Of a stretch of 64,000 nt of DNA, positions 53,724 to 62,510 are shown in pieces. This DNA comes from an uncultured Myxococcales bacterium. GTDB taxonomy: Bacteria; Myxococcota; Kuafuiibacteriia; Kuafuiibacteriales; Kuafuiibacteriaceae. Position numbers and translations under genes: made by a program. The stretch spans positions 50,449 through 114,448 of the forward strand of contig CAYYOT010000003.1 in assembly GCA_964473255.1 (NCBI GenBank), written 5' to 3'. The notes below the pieces were generated by a model that saw only the letters and a program-made list of their open reading frames with translations, did not search any database and was not told the origin of the DNA. Each line of letters starts with the position of its first letter. The first letter of the stretch is position 1.

Positions 53724-54148
53724 GGACCCAGATCGACCGGTGCCTCGACCTTCTCGATGTTCAACGCGAAGCTGGAGATCCCGTTGGTCTTCACGGCATC
53801 GATGACGGCCACGACGCGCCCGTAGGCAACGCCCTGGTCGGCAGCGATGACCGCTTGAGCTTTGGGGTCGGTCCGTCGGAGACGCTCGACGGTCTCGATC
53901 AGGTCCTCGCCGGTGGCGGGGGAGCCGTCGAGTAGCAGGCTTCCGTCCTTCAGCAAGGTGATGTTCAGCGTCGACGGTACCGTCACGCCCCCGCTCGCCG
54001 CCTGCGGAAGGTCGACCATCAGCTGGGCGCGAACGATCTGGGTGGACGTAACCATGAGCATCACGAGGAGCACGAGCACGACGTCCACGAAGGGCGTCAC
54101 GTTGATCGACGCGATCGCGTCGTCGTCGTCGTCGATGTTTGCCGCCAT
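53720..54148 (-). CDS. exbD: Biopolymer transport protein ExbD/TolR
   Basis: INVTPFVDVVLVLLVMLMV is the single TM helix, and TLNITLLKDGSLLLDG...VIAADQGVAYGRVVAVIDAVK is the ExbD periplasmic domain. The ATG overlaps the tonB start region (ATGA). Confidence 0.85.
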   Translation of the reverse strand: MAANIDDDDDAIASINVTPFVDVVLVLLVMLMVTSTQIVRAQLMVDLPQAASGGVTVPSTLNITLLKDGSLLLDGSPATGEDLIETVERLRRTDPKAQAVIAADQGVAYGRVVAVIDAVKTNGISSFALNIEKVEAPVDLGP

Positions 54149-54150
54149 GG

Positions 54151-54804
54151 TCAGGATTCCGGCGCCGAGGGCAAGGCGGACTTGAGCTGGCTGAGCAGCG
54201 TCTTGCTGAGCAGGGTGCTTCGGCCCAACACGCGCTTCACCGTCCCGTTGAAGGCGTTGTAGGCCACCACGGCAGGGATGGCCACGAGGAGGCCCACCGC
54301 CGTGGCGACCAAGGCTTCCGAGATACCGACCATGACGCTACCACCGGCGTTGGCCAGGTCCGCCGACAGGTCTTTGAAAGCCTTGATGATTCCCAGGACC
54401 GTACCGAACAGCCCGATGAAGGGTGCGTTGCTGCCGACGGTCGCGAGGAAACTGAGCCGCTGCGTGTACCGAAGCTTCTCCTGGCTCTCTGCCCCCTCCA
54501 TCAAGTCCTGCACCGCCTCCGGGCCTCGTTCGTGCTCCCGCAGACCGAACAGCACGACGTTGGTCTCGAGGCTGTCGAACTGAGCCAGATACTCCGCGGC
54601 CCCGTCGTAGTCGCCCTGCTCGAGCAGGGCGTCGAGCCGACGGCGGACCTCATTCGTGTCGACACGATGGCGCCGATAGAACCCCCCGCGCTCGACCATC
54701 ACCGCCACCGAGAGGAGCGCCAAGAGGAACAATAAATACAGCACCCACTCGGCTTGAAATACGGGCAAGCCGATGATCGTCCGGATCAAACCGTCGGACT
54801 GCAT
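54151..54804 (-). CDS. exbB: MotA/TolQ/ExbB proton-channel protein
   Basis: ORF 54151..54843 trimmed to Met14. It has three TM helices with the ExbB signature region LSFLATVGSNAPFIGLFGTVLGIIKAF...GISEALVATAVGLLVAIPAVVAYNAF. Confidence 0.85.
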   Translation of the reverse strand: MQSDGLIRTIIGLPVFQAEWVLYLLFLLALLSVAVMVERGGFYRRHRVDTNEVRRRLDALLEQGDYDGAAEYLAQFDSLETNVVLFGLREHERGPEAVQDLMEGAESQEKLRYTQRLSFLATVGSNAPFIGLFGTVLGIIKAFKDLSADLANAGGSVMVGISEALVATAVGLLVAIPAVVAYNAFNGTVKRVLGRSTLLSKTLLSQLKSALPSAPES

Positions 54805-54891
54805 GAATGCCGGACACCTAGCGACAGGAACGGTCAGGGCCAAGTCGAACCGCGGGTCTGGGTAGGTTTCGCACGCGAAGCGCTCCCGTTT

Positions 54892-55947
54892 TCAGCGCTC
54901 CGCTCTCGGAGCGTCGCCGCCAAAAGCGCGGGCGATCACATCTTCGGCCGGCTTGTTGAGGGGATTGAAACCGTGCGGGGGTTCCGACGCCGGGTCGTCG
55001 GGGTCCGTCGGAACGACCCAGATCATCACGCCGCGGACCCCGGGGGTCCCCAGCCACTGAGCGAGCACCGCGGCCCAGGATCGGGCCTGGCTGTCCAGGT
55101 CGACCAGCGGCTGGAGGTCTTCGGGCCACTCCCATGGCCGAACGTGCGACAGGGGCCCGCTCCGATAGCCGGCCTCGAGAACCAGGACGGGGCGGTCGGT
55201 CCGGAGCGACAGCGCCTGAAGTCTTCGGGCGACGGCTTCGGCTCCGCGGACTGGCTCCGGCTGCAGCGGGTAGTATCCGTTCACGCCGACGATGTCGACG
55301 AGGTCCCAAAACGGGACCGACTCGGCTTCGTCCCAGTTTGCGCTGTAGGTCAAGAGCCCGTCGTATTCGGCACGCACCCGTTCGACGAGACGCGCGAACC
55401 GGACCCGGGTCTCCGGGCGCGAGGAGAGTGCCTTCAGCTCGACGCCCACGGACAGGGCCGTCGCGCCGCTGGCGGTGGCGATGTCGGCCGCCGTCAGCAT
55501 GAAGGTCTCGTACGAGGTCCACCATTCGTCGGCGGCATCGTCGAGGGCGAGGTCTCCGCGCCAGGACCCGTCGTCGAAATAGATGTGGGGGACGACCACG
55601 GTGGCGATGCCCAGTTCGTTGGCGTCGAGGAGCTTTCGCCGGATCGGGTCGAGCTCGCCACGGGACGCGACGTCGACCGTTCGGTCCGACAGGTCGGCCA
55701 TCCGTCCTTCCATCAAGACCGCAATCGTATTCACGCCCAATCGCGATAGACGCTCGAGCGTGCGTCGAGCCGTCGCGGTTCCGTATCCCCGACGCTCGTC
55801 ACCGACGGGGCGGAGATTCGCTCCCTTGACGATTTCGGGGAGCGGAACCGGTTTCGGGGGCGGGGGTGAGCGGGTCGAGAACGGAGAGCAGGCCGCGGAG
55901 GCGAGCACCAGGGACAGGGATCGCCGTGTCCTCCATCCCTTCGTCAC
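54892..55947 (-). CDS. Secreted TIM-barrel glycoside-hydrolase-like protein
   Basis: ORF 54892..56022 trimmed to the GTG at 55947, with the lipobox-like LSLVLASAAC. Alternating beta/alpha pattern suggests a TIM barrel: GVNTIAVLMEG, IATVVVPHIYFDDGSWRGD and LTYSANWDEAESVPFWDLVDIVGVNGYYPL, which resembles GH catalytic Glu/Asn-Glu environments. The family is uncertain. Confidence 0.45.
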   Translation of the reverse strand: MTKGWRTRRSLSLVLASAACSPFSTRSPPPPKPVPLPEIVKGANLRPVGDERRGYGTATARRTLERLSRLGVNTIAVLMEGRMADLSDRTVDVASRGELDPIRRKLLDANELGIATVVVPHIYFDDGSWRGDLALDDAADEWWTSYETFMLTAADIATASGATALSVGVELKALSSRPETRVRFARLVERVRAEYDGLLTYSANWDEAESVPFWDLVDIVGVNGYYPLQPEPVRGAEAVARRLQALSLRTDRPVLVLEAGYRSGPLSHVRPWEWPEDLQPLVDLDSQARSWAAVLAQWLGTPGVRGVMIWVVPTDPDDPASEPPHGFNPLNKPAEDVIARAFGGDAPRAER

Positions 55948-55993
55948 GACGCGGTACCCTAGCCAGCTCCGTGCGTGGCGCCAAGCCGAGCGG

Positions 55994-56434
55994 TCAGTTT
56001 CCGAGCACGACCTGCTTGGCACCCAGTTGCGTCAAGATGTCCTGCAGTCGGTGCAGCGGTGCGCCCTGAACGAGCAGGTCGGTGCCGTCGGTCCGAGCTC
56101 CGAGACCCAGACGCTCCTTGAGGTGGGTCGTGACCGCCGACTGCACTTCCATGCCGAGGTCGAGGCCCCGGACGCGGGTCACGGTCTTTCCGCCGTGCCC
56201 CTTCCGCTCGCGCTGGAGCACCAGCTTCGAGCTTCGAGAGAGGTCGAGCATGTCGACCTCGGGTTTGTCATAGATCGTGGTCGCGGCCGACTCGGAAGCC
56301 TCAGCCGGCTCGGCAGCGGCGGTTTCGGGACCCGCCATCTGGTCGCGGAGCGTCTTGAGGCCCGCGAAGGCCGGGTTGAAGGGAACGTTGCGCGGATGAG
56401 ACGTCGTAGGTCGATTCCGGGGCTTCTTTGCCAC
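55994..56434 (-). CDS. yciH: SUI1/eIF1-family translation initiation factor homologue (YciH-like)
   Basis: The C-terminal SUI1 domain is KLVLQRERKGHGGKTVTRVRGLD...LKERLGLGARTDGTDLLVQGAPLHRLQDILTQLG. The N-terminal extension is disordered. The start is a GTG. Confidence 0.8.
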   Translation of the reverse strand: MAKKPRNRPTTSHPRNVPFNPAFAGLKTLRDQMAGPETAAAEPAEASESAATTIYDKPEVDMLDLSRSSKLVLQRERKGHGGKTVTRVRGLDLGMEVQSAVTTHLKERLGLGARTDGTDLLVQGAPLHRLQDILTQLGAKQVVLGN

Positions 56435-56468
56435 GGCGCGTCAGCTACCATAGGGTTCCCTCATCGAA

Positions 56469-56484
56469 AAGGCGTTAATGCCTT
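56469..56484 (-). terminator. Candidate intrinsic terminator AAGGC-attaac-GCCTT followed by TTTC, on the minus strand after the 56483..57826 gene; coordinates approximate
   Basis: A 5-bp stem and 6-nt loop are followed by a short T-tract. It overlaps the TAA stop. This is one of the few AT-containing intergenic spots in the window. Confidence 0.25.
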
Positions 56485-57826
56485 ACTGCGCGAACCACTC
56501 GCGAACCCGGTCGATATAGCTTCTCGCTCCGTCCGGCTCCGTTTGAAAATGGGGCGGAAGCGGGACCAATCGAGCGCGGATCGAAGCGCGGTCCCACCCC
56601 GTCAGGGACGCGAGAGCGTCGACTTCCTTCTCCCGTCGAGTCTTGACCCCCGAGAAGTACTCGGCGGCGGCCGGGCACTCGGTCGGACGCTCGAACGGAT
56701 TACGGAGTACGAACCGCACTTGGTAGTTTTTGGCATCGCGCGTCGCTTTGAGCACCAGGTCTTCCGGAAAACTCTGCTGGTCATACCGTGCGTGCAGACG
56801 CGTGACGTAGGCGTTGGTCCCACGGGACGGCCCCCCGGGTTCCGGGGGATTCCACCAGACGCCGAGGGTTTCGAGTTCCTCCGTCGATAAGGGATCCGCG
56901 GCACACGGATCGCACCAGGACATGTTCCATCCATACTCGGTGAAAACGGCGCGACCACCCGCTCGCTCGACCTGCTGGTCGAAAACGGCCCGGTAGACGT
57001 CCGCGAACTCGCTCTTCACGAAGGTGGGGATCTCGGCGTTCGTCGGCATCTTGATGTTGCGGTAGTTTGCCGTCTCGACGCGGAAGTCTTGGGTGATCAC
57101 GTAGGCGATCAGGTCCTGCGGACCGTCCGCGTTCAGCATCCCCAGCCGCACGGGAAGCATGAATCGTCGGTCGGGAAAGGCGAACTGAAGCGGACGGAGT
57201 TTGCTTTGTCTTCCTCTCAGGGACTCGAGGTTCACCTTGGCCACGAAGAACTTCATGCCGGAGCGCACGTACGGCCGCAGCGCCGATGATGTTCCGGTCG
57301 GAATTCGGTAATCGTTTTTCCGAAGCCATGACTCCAAGCTGTCCGATTGGCTCGCTGATAGTATGACGATGTCGTACTCCCCAACCGTGTAGCTTGCTTC
57401 GACCAATACCTTGCCGTCGTCGGTGTCGGCCGCGGCCTCCGCCGGAGGCGCGGCCGACATCATCAGCATTCGGTCGAATCGGCGCGGCGGCGGCGCGTGG
57501 CACGGATCGGGGTCGTGGTACTCGGCCAGCCGCGGTGCCGTGTACGCATCGAGGTGGTCGCTCGCCGCCATGTCGACCACGCGCACCACGTCCTCGCGAA
57601 GGACGACGGGGACGGGCACGACGAGGGCGAAGTTCTCCGGCGGCCCGCGATAGTCGTTGACCATCGTGAGCACGGTCTTGCCGTCATCGTGCACGATCAC
57701 GACCTGAGAAGCGGAGTTGAAGAGCTGGGCATCGGCTCGTCCCACGAAGAATCCGCAGAAGGCCTCCGCCGCAATCGGGTTGGCCGTGACGAGGACGGCG
57801 CTGACCAGAAAAGATTGAGTATTCAT
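56483..57826 (-). CDS. Secreted hypothetical protein (447 aa; possibly DUF2330-like)
   Basis: ORF 56483..58756 trimmed to Met311, MNTQSFLVSAVLVTANPIAAEAFCGFFV (signal peptide). The upstream 310 aa of the ORF are Arg-rich. The body is protein-like with conserved-looking blocks (YDIVILSASQSDSLESWLRKNDYRIP, KFFVAKVNLESL, MSWCDPCAADPLS). The ATG overlaps the stop of the upstream membrane-protein gene. Confidence 0.55.
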   Translation of the reverse strand: MNTQSFLVSAVLVTANPIAAEAFCGFFVGRADAQLFNSASQVVIVHDDGKTVLTMVNDYRGPPENFALVVPVPVVLREDVVRVVDMAASDHLDAYTAPRLAEYHDPDPCHAPPPRRFDRMLMMSAAPPAEAAADTDDGKVLVEASYTVGEYDIVILSASQSDSLESWLRKNDYRIPTGTSSALRPYVRSGMKFFVAKVNLESLRGRQSKLRPLQFAFPDRRFMLPVRLGMLNADGPQDLIAYVITQDFRVETANYRNIKMPTNAEIPTFVKSEFADVYRAVFDQQVERAGGRAVFTEYGWNMSWCDPCAADPLSTEELETLGVWWNPPEPGGPSRGTNAYVTRLHARYDQQSFPEDLVLKATRDAKNYQVRFVLRNPFERPTECPAAAEYFSGVKTRREKEVDALASLTGWDRASIRARLVPLPPHFQTEPDGARSYIDRVREWFAQ

Positions 57827-58653
57827 CGTCGATCCTTGTTGGGCACGACCGAGGCGTCGAGCCGGCTGTCGAGCATCGGTACCAGCGGAGCGCACACCAG
57901 GAGCGCCCATAGAAACGAGTCTCGGAGATAGAGAGTTTGCTGCAAGGTGATGGCGAGCAGCGCGACCAGCAGACCGTGGGTGAGCCGATGGGCACGGAGC
58001 CGAGGCGTGGTCTTGGGGTCGGTGATCATGTAGAGCGCAAAGAGCCAGAGGGTTCCGCTCCTGAGTCCGTGTGCGAGGATGGGCCATGGGTAGCCGAAGA
58101 CGATGATCCTCAGCGTCGAGAAGGCCAGCCACCCGCCGATGAAGGCCAACGCGGTGTCCCAGCGAGCCGCTCGACTCAGCACGACGAAGGCGCCGGACGC
58201 GATCACGAAGACGATGACGACGTCGTGGCCCCACTGACCGGACGCGATCCAGCCGGGGAGGAGGAGACTGCCGGCCAAGATGGCGCCATTGGTGGGATTG
58301 ATGAAGTGTCGCCCTCGTACGCGGACCCAGTGCTTCGACAAAACGGCGATCCCCGCGACCACCGCGTAGGTCCACGGTTCGGTCGACCGGAAGAGCAGCA
58401 AGGTCGAGACGGCCGATATGACCGCGCTCGGATGTCGCGGGGTCCAGAGTCGACGCCCGGCGAGGGACGCGGCGAGCCACGCTCCGGCCGGAGCGGCGAA
58501 GATGCTGAACGGGTGGAGGATGAAACCTCGGGTGACGGCGCCGAAGACGAACAGCGCAGAGAGGATCACGATCTGCGCGGTTCGGGGGTCTCCGGGCGCC
58601 CGGACTTGCCGGGCCGCGCGCTGGACTTGAGCCTCGGCGGCGAGAGCCGTCAT
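57823..58653 (-). CDS. Polytopic membrane protein (about 8 TM) of unknown function, translationally coupled to the downstream secreted protein
   Basis: Hydrophobic helices include IVILSALFVFGAV, FSIFAAPAGAWLAASLA, VISAVSTLLLF, YAVVAGIAVLS, ILAGSLLLPGWIA, VVIVFVIASGAFVVL, LAFIGGWLAFSTLRIIVFGY and LWLFALYMI. The stop overlaps the ATG of the 56483..57826 gene. Confidence 0.5.
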   Translation of the reverse strand: MTALAAEAQVQRAARQVRAPGDPRTAQIVILSALFVFGAVTRGFILHPFSIFAAPAGAWLAASLAGRRLWTPRHPSAVISAVSTLLLFRSTEPWTYAVVAGIAVLSKHWVRVRGRHFINPTNGAILAGSLLLPGWIASGQWGHDVVIVFVIASGAFVVLSRAARWDTALAFIGGWLAFSTLRIIVFGYPWPILAHGLRSGTLWLFALYMITDPKTTPRLRAHRLTHGLLVALLAITLQQTLYLRDSFLWALLVCAPLVPMLDSRLDASVVPNKDRR

Positions 58654-58719
58654 GTTCGCTATGGACGGTCGACGGCGCCAGAAGGTCTGCGCCGCGACGA
58701 AAAGTCGCGGTGGCTTCGC

Positions 58720-59640
58720 CTACGCCTGCCAGGCGGTCAGCGTGGCCCGCACGCATGCGGTCAGCCCGGGCAGGTCATAGCCTCCTTCGAGCATGCCCGC
58801 GATGCGGCCCTGGCAGACCTCGTCGGCCAGGTTCTTCCAGCGTCCGGCCAGCGCTTCGAAACCTGCAGCGGTCAATCGAAGGCCCCCGAGTGGGTCGTCG
58901 ATGAAGCCATCGTAGCCGGCCGAGATCAGTATGACGTCCGGATCGAATCGTCGAACTCGGGGCTCCAATGTGTCTCGGCTCACCGCGATGAGCGCAGCGT
59001 CGTCGGTGCCGGCGGGAAGCGGAACGTTGACCGTGGTCCCGTGACCTTCTCCGGCTCCGACGTCGGTCGCTGCTCCGGTGCCCGGGTACAGGGGCGATTG
59101 GTGGGTCGACAGGTAAAGCACCGATGGGTCCTCCCAGAAGATCGCCTCGGTGCCGTTGCCGTGATGAACGTCCCAGTCATAGATGGCGACACGCTCCGCC
59201 AAGCCGGCCGCCTGCAGAGCGCGGGCGGCGATCGCGATCGAGTTCAGCAAACAAAAGCCCATCGACCGGTCGGGCGTCGCGTGATGACCGGGTGGGCGAA
59301 CGAGCGCCAAGCCGGGCGGAACTTCGCGCTTGGCGACCGCCAGCGCCATCTCGATGGTCGCCCCGGCGGCGACGCGAGCCGCCGAAACGCTGTCCGGACT
59401 GGTGGCCGTGTCGGGGTCGATGTGCACGCTGCGGCCGCGGGCGCGCTCCAGCGCGGCGAGATGACGGTCCGTGTGCACTCGTAGGACCTCCTCGTCGTTT
59501 GCTTCGCGGGCCGAGATCCTGACCACGTCCAGACCCTCGGCGCCGGCGACGGCCGCAGCTTGCCGACCGGGTCGCTCCGGATGGCCGGGGCCGGGGTCGT
59601 GCAGGGTGAAGATCGTCTCGTGGGCGATGGAAACCGTCAC
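58720..59640 (-). CDS. Histone-deacetylase-family (arginase-fold) amidohydrolase (AcuC/HdaH-like)
   Basis: ORF 58720..60036 trimmed to the GTG at 59640. HDAC motifs are present: RPPGHHA, GFCLLNSIAIAA, IYDWDVHHGNGT, HQSPLYPGTG and SAGYDGFIDDPLGGL. Confidence 0.8.
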   Translation of the reverse strand: MTVSIAHETIFTLHDPGPGHPERPGRQAAAVAGAEGLDVVRISAREANDEEVLRVHTDRHLAALERARGRSVHIDPDTATSPDSVSAARVAAGATIEMALAVAKREVPPGLALVRPPGHHATPDRSMGFCLLNSIAIAARALQAAGLAERVAIYDWDVHHGNGTEAIFWEDPSVLYLSTHQSPLYPGTGAATDVGAGEGHGTTVNVPLPAGTDDAALIAVSRDTLEPRVRRFDPDVILISAGYDGFIDDPLGGLRLTAAGFEALAGRWKNLADEVCQGRIAGMLEGGYDLPGLTACVRATLTAWQA

Positions 59641-59694
59641 CGGGCGACTGTACGTCGTTGGACGTGGTCTCGAAAACTGTGGCAGGGCAGACCC

Positions 59695-60255
59695 ATGCTG
59701 CATCGAACCGGGCTGGTGCTTGTGGCGGCGCTGGCTCAGTTCAGCTGCGCCGTCACCACGGCCTACGAGTCGGGCCGGGTCGAGCGCCTGGCCACCCTGG
59801 AGCAGCGATCCTCGGGCTACGTCGTGGTTCGGTGCGGACGCGCGGTTCCCGTGGGCGGGCGCTTTCGCCTCAGTCGCGTACCCGATGCCTTTCCGCCGGC
59901 TTCCAGCGCGCAGCCGTACGCCGCCGAGGCGGTCCGCCGAGCCAAAGCCGGCGCCGGACTCGCTTGGCTCAGCATGGGACTTGCGGTTTCGGGGGGCGTC
60001 CTGGGCGGTATCGGCATTTCGACTGCAAGTGACCAAGACGATGTGCCGGCAACCTTCTGGGCGGGAGTCGGCTTCGTCACCGCGGCCTTGGTCGTCGCCG
60101 GTTTCAGTGGCTTTCAGACCGGGATGTCAGAGGCCCGTCTGGTCGACGCCCTGAATGCCTATAACGACGAGGTCGCCGATCTCGACCCGGCCGATGCGTG
60201 TGTCGAGTCATTCCCGGAAGCGTTGGACGATGGGGAAGATGCGCCCGGTCCATGA
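59695..60255 (+). CDS. Small membrane-associated hypothetical protein (186 aa)
   Basis: ORF 59560..60255 trimmed to Met46, MLHRTGLVLVAALAQFSCAV, which is a signal or anchor. Two further hydrophobic helices follow (LAWLSMGLAVSGGVLGGIGI and FWAGVGFVTAALVVAGFSGF). The 3' end overlaps the convergent nadE by 48 nt. Confidence 0.4.
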   Translation: MLHRTGLVLVAALAQFSCAVTTAYESGRVERLATLEQRSSGYVVVRCGRAVPVGGRFRLSRVPDAFPPASSAQPYAAEAVRRAKAGAGLAWLSMGLAVSGGVLGGIGISTASDQDDVPATFWAGVGFVTAALVVAGFSGFQTGMSEARLVDALNAYNDEVADLDPADACVESFPEALDDGEDAPGP

Positions 60256-61911
60256 CTTGCGGCTGACGCGCAGCGTGGGGGGCAGCTGCTTGCGCTTGAA
60301 CTCGGCCCGAAAGATCGCCTGGTTCACGCTGCGAACGAGACTTTCGGAAACGCCGACTCGCTCGGCGACCTCGGCGATGGTAGCCCGATGCTCGATCAGA
60401 AGTCGCAGCATCTCGTCGAGCTGATCGTAGGGGGGCAGACTGTCTTCGTCTTTCTGGTTTGGCTTCAGCTCCGCGGATGGCGCCTTGTCGATGATGGCTC
60501 GGGGAATGATCTCCCCATCCCGATTCGCCTCCTCCGCGAGCTCGTACACCTGGTGCTTGTAGAGGTCGCCCAAGACCGATAGCGCCCCGATCGCGTCACC
60601 GTACAAGGTGGCGTAGCCCATGGCGGCCTCGCTCTTGTTACCGGTGTTGAGCACGATCGCCTTACGCTTGTTGGCGATCGCCATCAGCATCGTCCCCCGA
60701 ATACGGCTTTGCAGATTCTCCTCCGTGACGTCGGGTTCGAGGCCGGCGAAGACCGGGGACAGAGCCTCCAAGAAAGAGGCGAACATGCCTTCGATGGGAA
60801 GGGTCCAGAACTCGATACCGAGCCTATGGGCGAGCTCTCGGGCATCGACGACCGAGCCTTCGCTCGAATAGCGGCTGGGGAGCGCCACTCCGGTCACCCG
60901 TTCGGGGCCGAGGGCCCGAACGGCCAGGTGAGCAGTGACGGCCGAGTCGATCCCGCCGGACAAGCCCACCACTGCGCGTTCTATCTGCGTCTTGCCTAAG
61001 TAGTCCCGGATCCCGACCTCCAGCGCGGCCTGGATCTCGCCCGGGCCGGGCCGGTCCGGAGGCGGGGTCGGGCGGGCCTCGGTGTCGACGATCTCTATGG
61101 CTTCAGCCCAGCCGGGGCCGGTGGCCAGATGGCCGTCCGGCGAAAAGGCACAGCTATGTCCATCGAAGAGGAGTCCGTCGTTTCCCCCCACGAGATTGCA
61201 GTACGCCATCAGCACCTGGTGCCTGCGGGCGAGGTGCTGAAGGATGCGCCGTCGGACCTGTTCTTTGCCTGAGGCCCACGGGGATGCGGAGAGGTTGACG
61301 ATGACGTCCGGGTTGTCCGAACGCATGACTTCGAGTACCGGGTCGCGCGAGTAGAGACGGTACGAACCGGGGGCTTTGTCGCGCCACAAGTCGTGGTTCT
61401 GCCACAAGTCTTTGTCGTTCCAGATGTCTTCGCAGATCGTGACCGCGACCCGTCTTCCATCAACGTCGAACGCGACCGAGTGATCGTCGCGTCGGGGCTC
61501 GAAGTACCGGGCTTCGTCGAAGACGTCGTAGGTCGGGATGAGCGTCTTCACCACTTGGAGGATGCGGCGTCCTCGCTCGGCGACGACGGCGATGTTCTGC
61601 AGCGCTCGACCCTTGAGCGGGGGGGTCGGACGCCGACGGACGTTACCGAAGACGGCGGTCAAGCCCTCGGGAAGCTGCTCGACGATGGCCGCCTCCGAAC
61701 GGGCGGCTTCCTCGACGAAGGTGGGCCGCTCCAGCAGGTCGAGGGGCGGGTAGCCGGGAACCGCAAGCTCGGGAAACACGGCAAGCCGGGCGCCTCGCGC
61801 CCGGGCGTCGGCGGCGAAGTCCAGGATGCGACGGCGGTTCCCCTCGAAGTCCGCCACCGTCGTGTTGATCTGACACAATGCGAGCTTCACGGGGCCACCG
61901 ACGGAAACCAC
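60208..61911 (-). CDS. nadE: Glutamine-dependent NAD+ synthetase (nitrilase/CN-hydrolase domain plus NAD synthetase domain)
   Basis: The N-terminal nitrilase domain is VKLALCQINTTVADFEGN...LAVFPELAVPGYPP...VAVTICEDIW. The C-terminal PP-loop domain is VVGLSGGIDSAV, with LNTGNKSEAAMGYATLYGD. The start is a GTG at 61911, with an alternative GTG at 61890. Confidence 0.9.
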   Translation of the reverse strand: MVSVGGPVKLALCQINTTVADFEGNRRRILDFAADARARGARLAVFPELAVPGYPPLDLLERPTFVEEAARSEAAIVEQLPEGLTAVFGNVRRRPTPPLKGRALQNIAVVAERGRRILQVVKTLIPTYDVFDEARYFEPRRDDHSVAFDVDGRRVAVTICEDIWNDKDLWQNHDLWRDKAPGSYRLYSRDPVLEVMRSDNPDVIVNLSASPWASGKEQVRRRILQHLARRHQVLMAYCNLVGGNDGLLFDGHSCAFSPDGHLATGPGWAEAIEIVDTEARPTPPPDRPGPGEIQAALEVGIRDYLGKTQIERAVVGLSGGIDSAVTAHLAVRALGPERVTGVALPSRYSSEGSVVDARELAHRLGIEFWTLPIEGMFASFLEALSPVFAGLEPDVTEENLQSRIRGTMLMAIANKRKAIVLNTGNKSEAAMGYATLYGDAIGALSVLGDLYKHQVYELAEEANRDGEIIPRAIIDKAPSAELKPNQKDEDSLPPYDQLDEMLRLLIEHRATIAEVAERVGVSESLVRSVNQAIFRAEFKRKQLPPTLRVSRKSWTGRIFPIVQRFRE

Positions 61912-62003
61912 GGGCTGACCCTTGGCGACAAGGTGAACCCGCGCGGTTCACTCAAGCGCGACTTGGTCTCGACATTCGGGGCGACGCGGCCGATGCTTTA
62001 CCC

Positions 62004-62483
62004 GTGTTCGGCCTCGGCTTTTGGGAGATCGCGATGCTCTTCGCGGTGGCGTTGCTCGTCTTGGGGCCCACCAAGCTCCCGGAGCTCGCGAAGAGCCTCG
62101 GCAAGGGGCTCCGAGAGTTTCGCAAAGCAACGGAGGAGTTCAAGTCCACCGTCGACGACGAGCTTCACCGTCCCGAACCGGCGGCCCCTCGGATCGAGCA
62201 GCCTCGGGAGGCGGTTCCGATGCCCGAACCGCCGCAGGAGCCGACGCAAGAATCCGGCCCCAGTTCCGAGTCGAAGGCCGAGTCCGAGCCACTCGAAGAG
62301 CCGGCGGTCGGTGCCTCCGCCGAGACGGTCGAAGAGCCTCCTCGCGAGCCGGTCGCCAGCGCGCCCTCGCAGCCGGTCATCGAACGGAAGTCCGGGCCCG
62401 AGGCGCCTCCGGCCGCCCCGAAACCGGTCGAGAGTCCGCCGGCCGTGGGCGAGGCGGAGTCGACCGAGTCCAAGGCCTCCTGA
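62004..62483 (+). CDS. tatB: Twin-arginine translocase TatA/TatB-type subunit with a long acidic Pro-rich tail (TatB-like)
   Basis: ORF 61878..62483 trimmed to the GTG at 62004. FGLGFWEIAMLFAVALLVLGPTKLPELAKSLGKGLREFRKA gives the TM helix and amphipathic helix of the TatA/B family. A roughly 100-aa Pro/Glu/Ser-rich tail follows. It is divergent from nadE. Confidence 0.75.
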   Translation: MFGLGFWEIAMLFAVALLVLGPTKLPELAKSLGKGLREFRKATEEFKSTVDDELHRPEPAAPRIEQPREAVPMPEPPQEPTQESGPSSESKAESEPLEEPAVGASAETVEEPPREPVASAPSQPVIERKSGPEAPPAAPKPVESPPAVGEAESTESKAS

Positions 62484-62510
62484 ATCCGGCTCGGACCGGG
62501 TCACTCGGCC

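Noticed and set aside
56483-58756. N-terminal 310-aa extension of the secreted-protein ORF. Similar extensions occur on ORFs 26205..29165, 58720..60036, 32710..33900, 1169..2527 and 8360..9664.
   Set aside because: The extensions are Arg/Pro-rich and overlap the upstream genes. Internal Met/GTG starts, immediately followed by signal peptides or conserved family N-termini, give the biologically sensible proteins.
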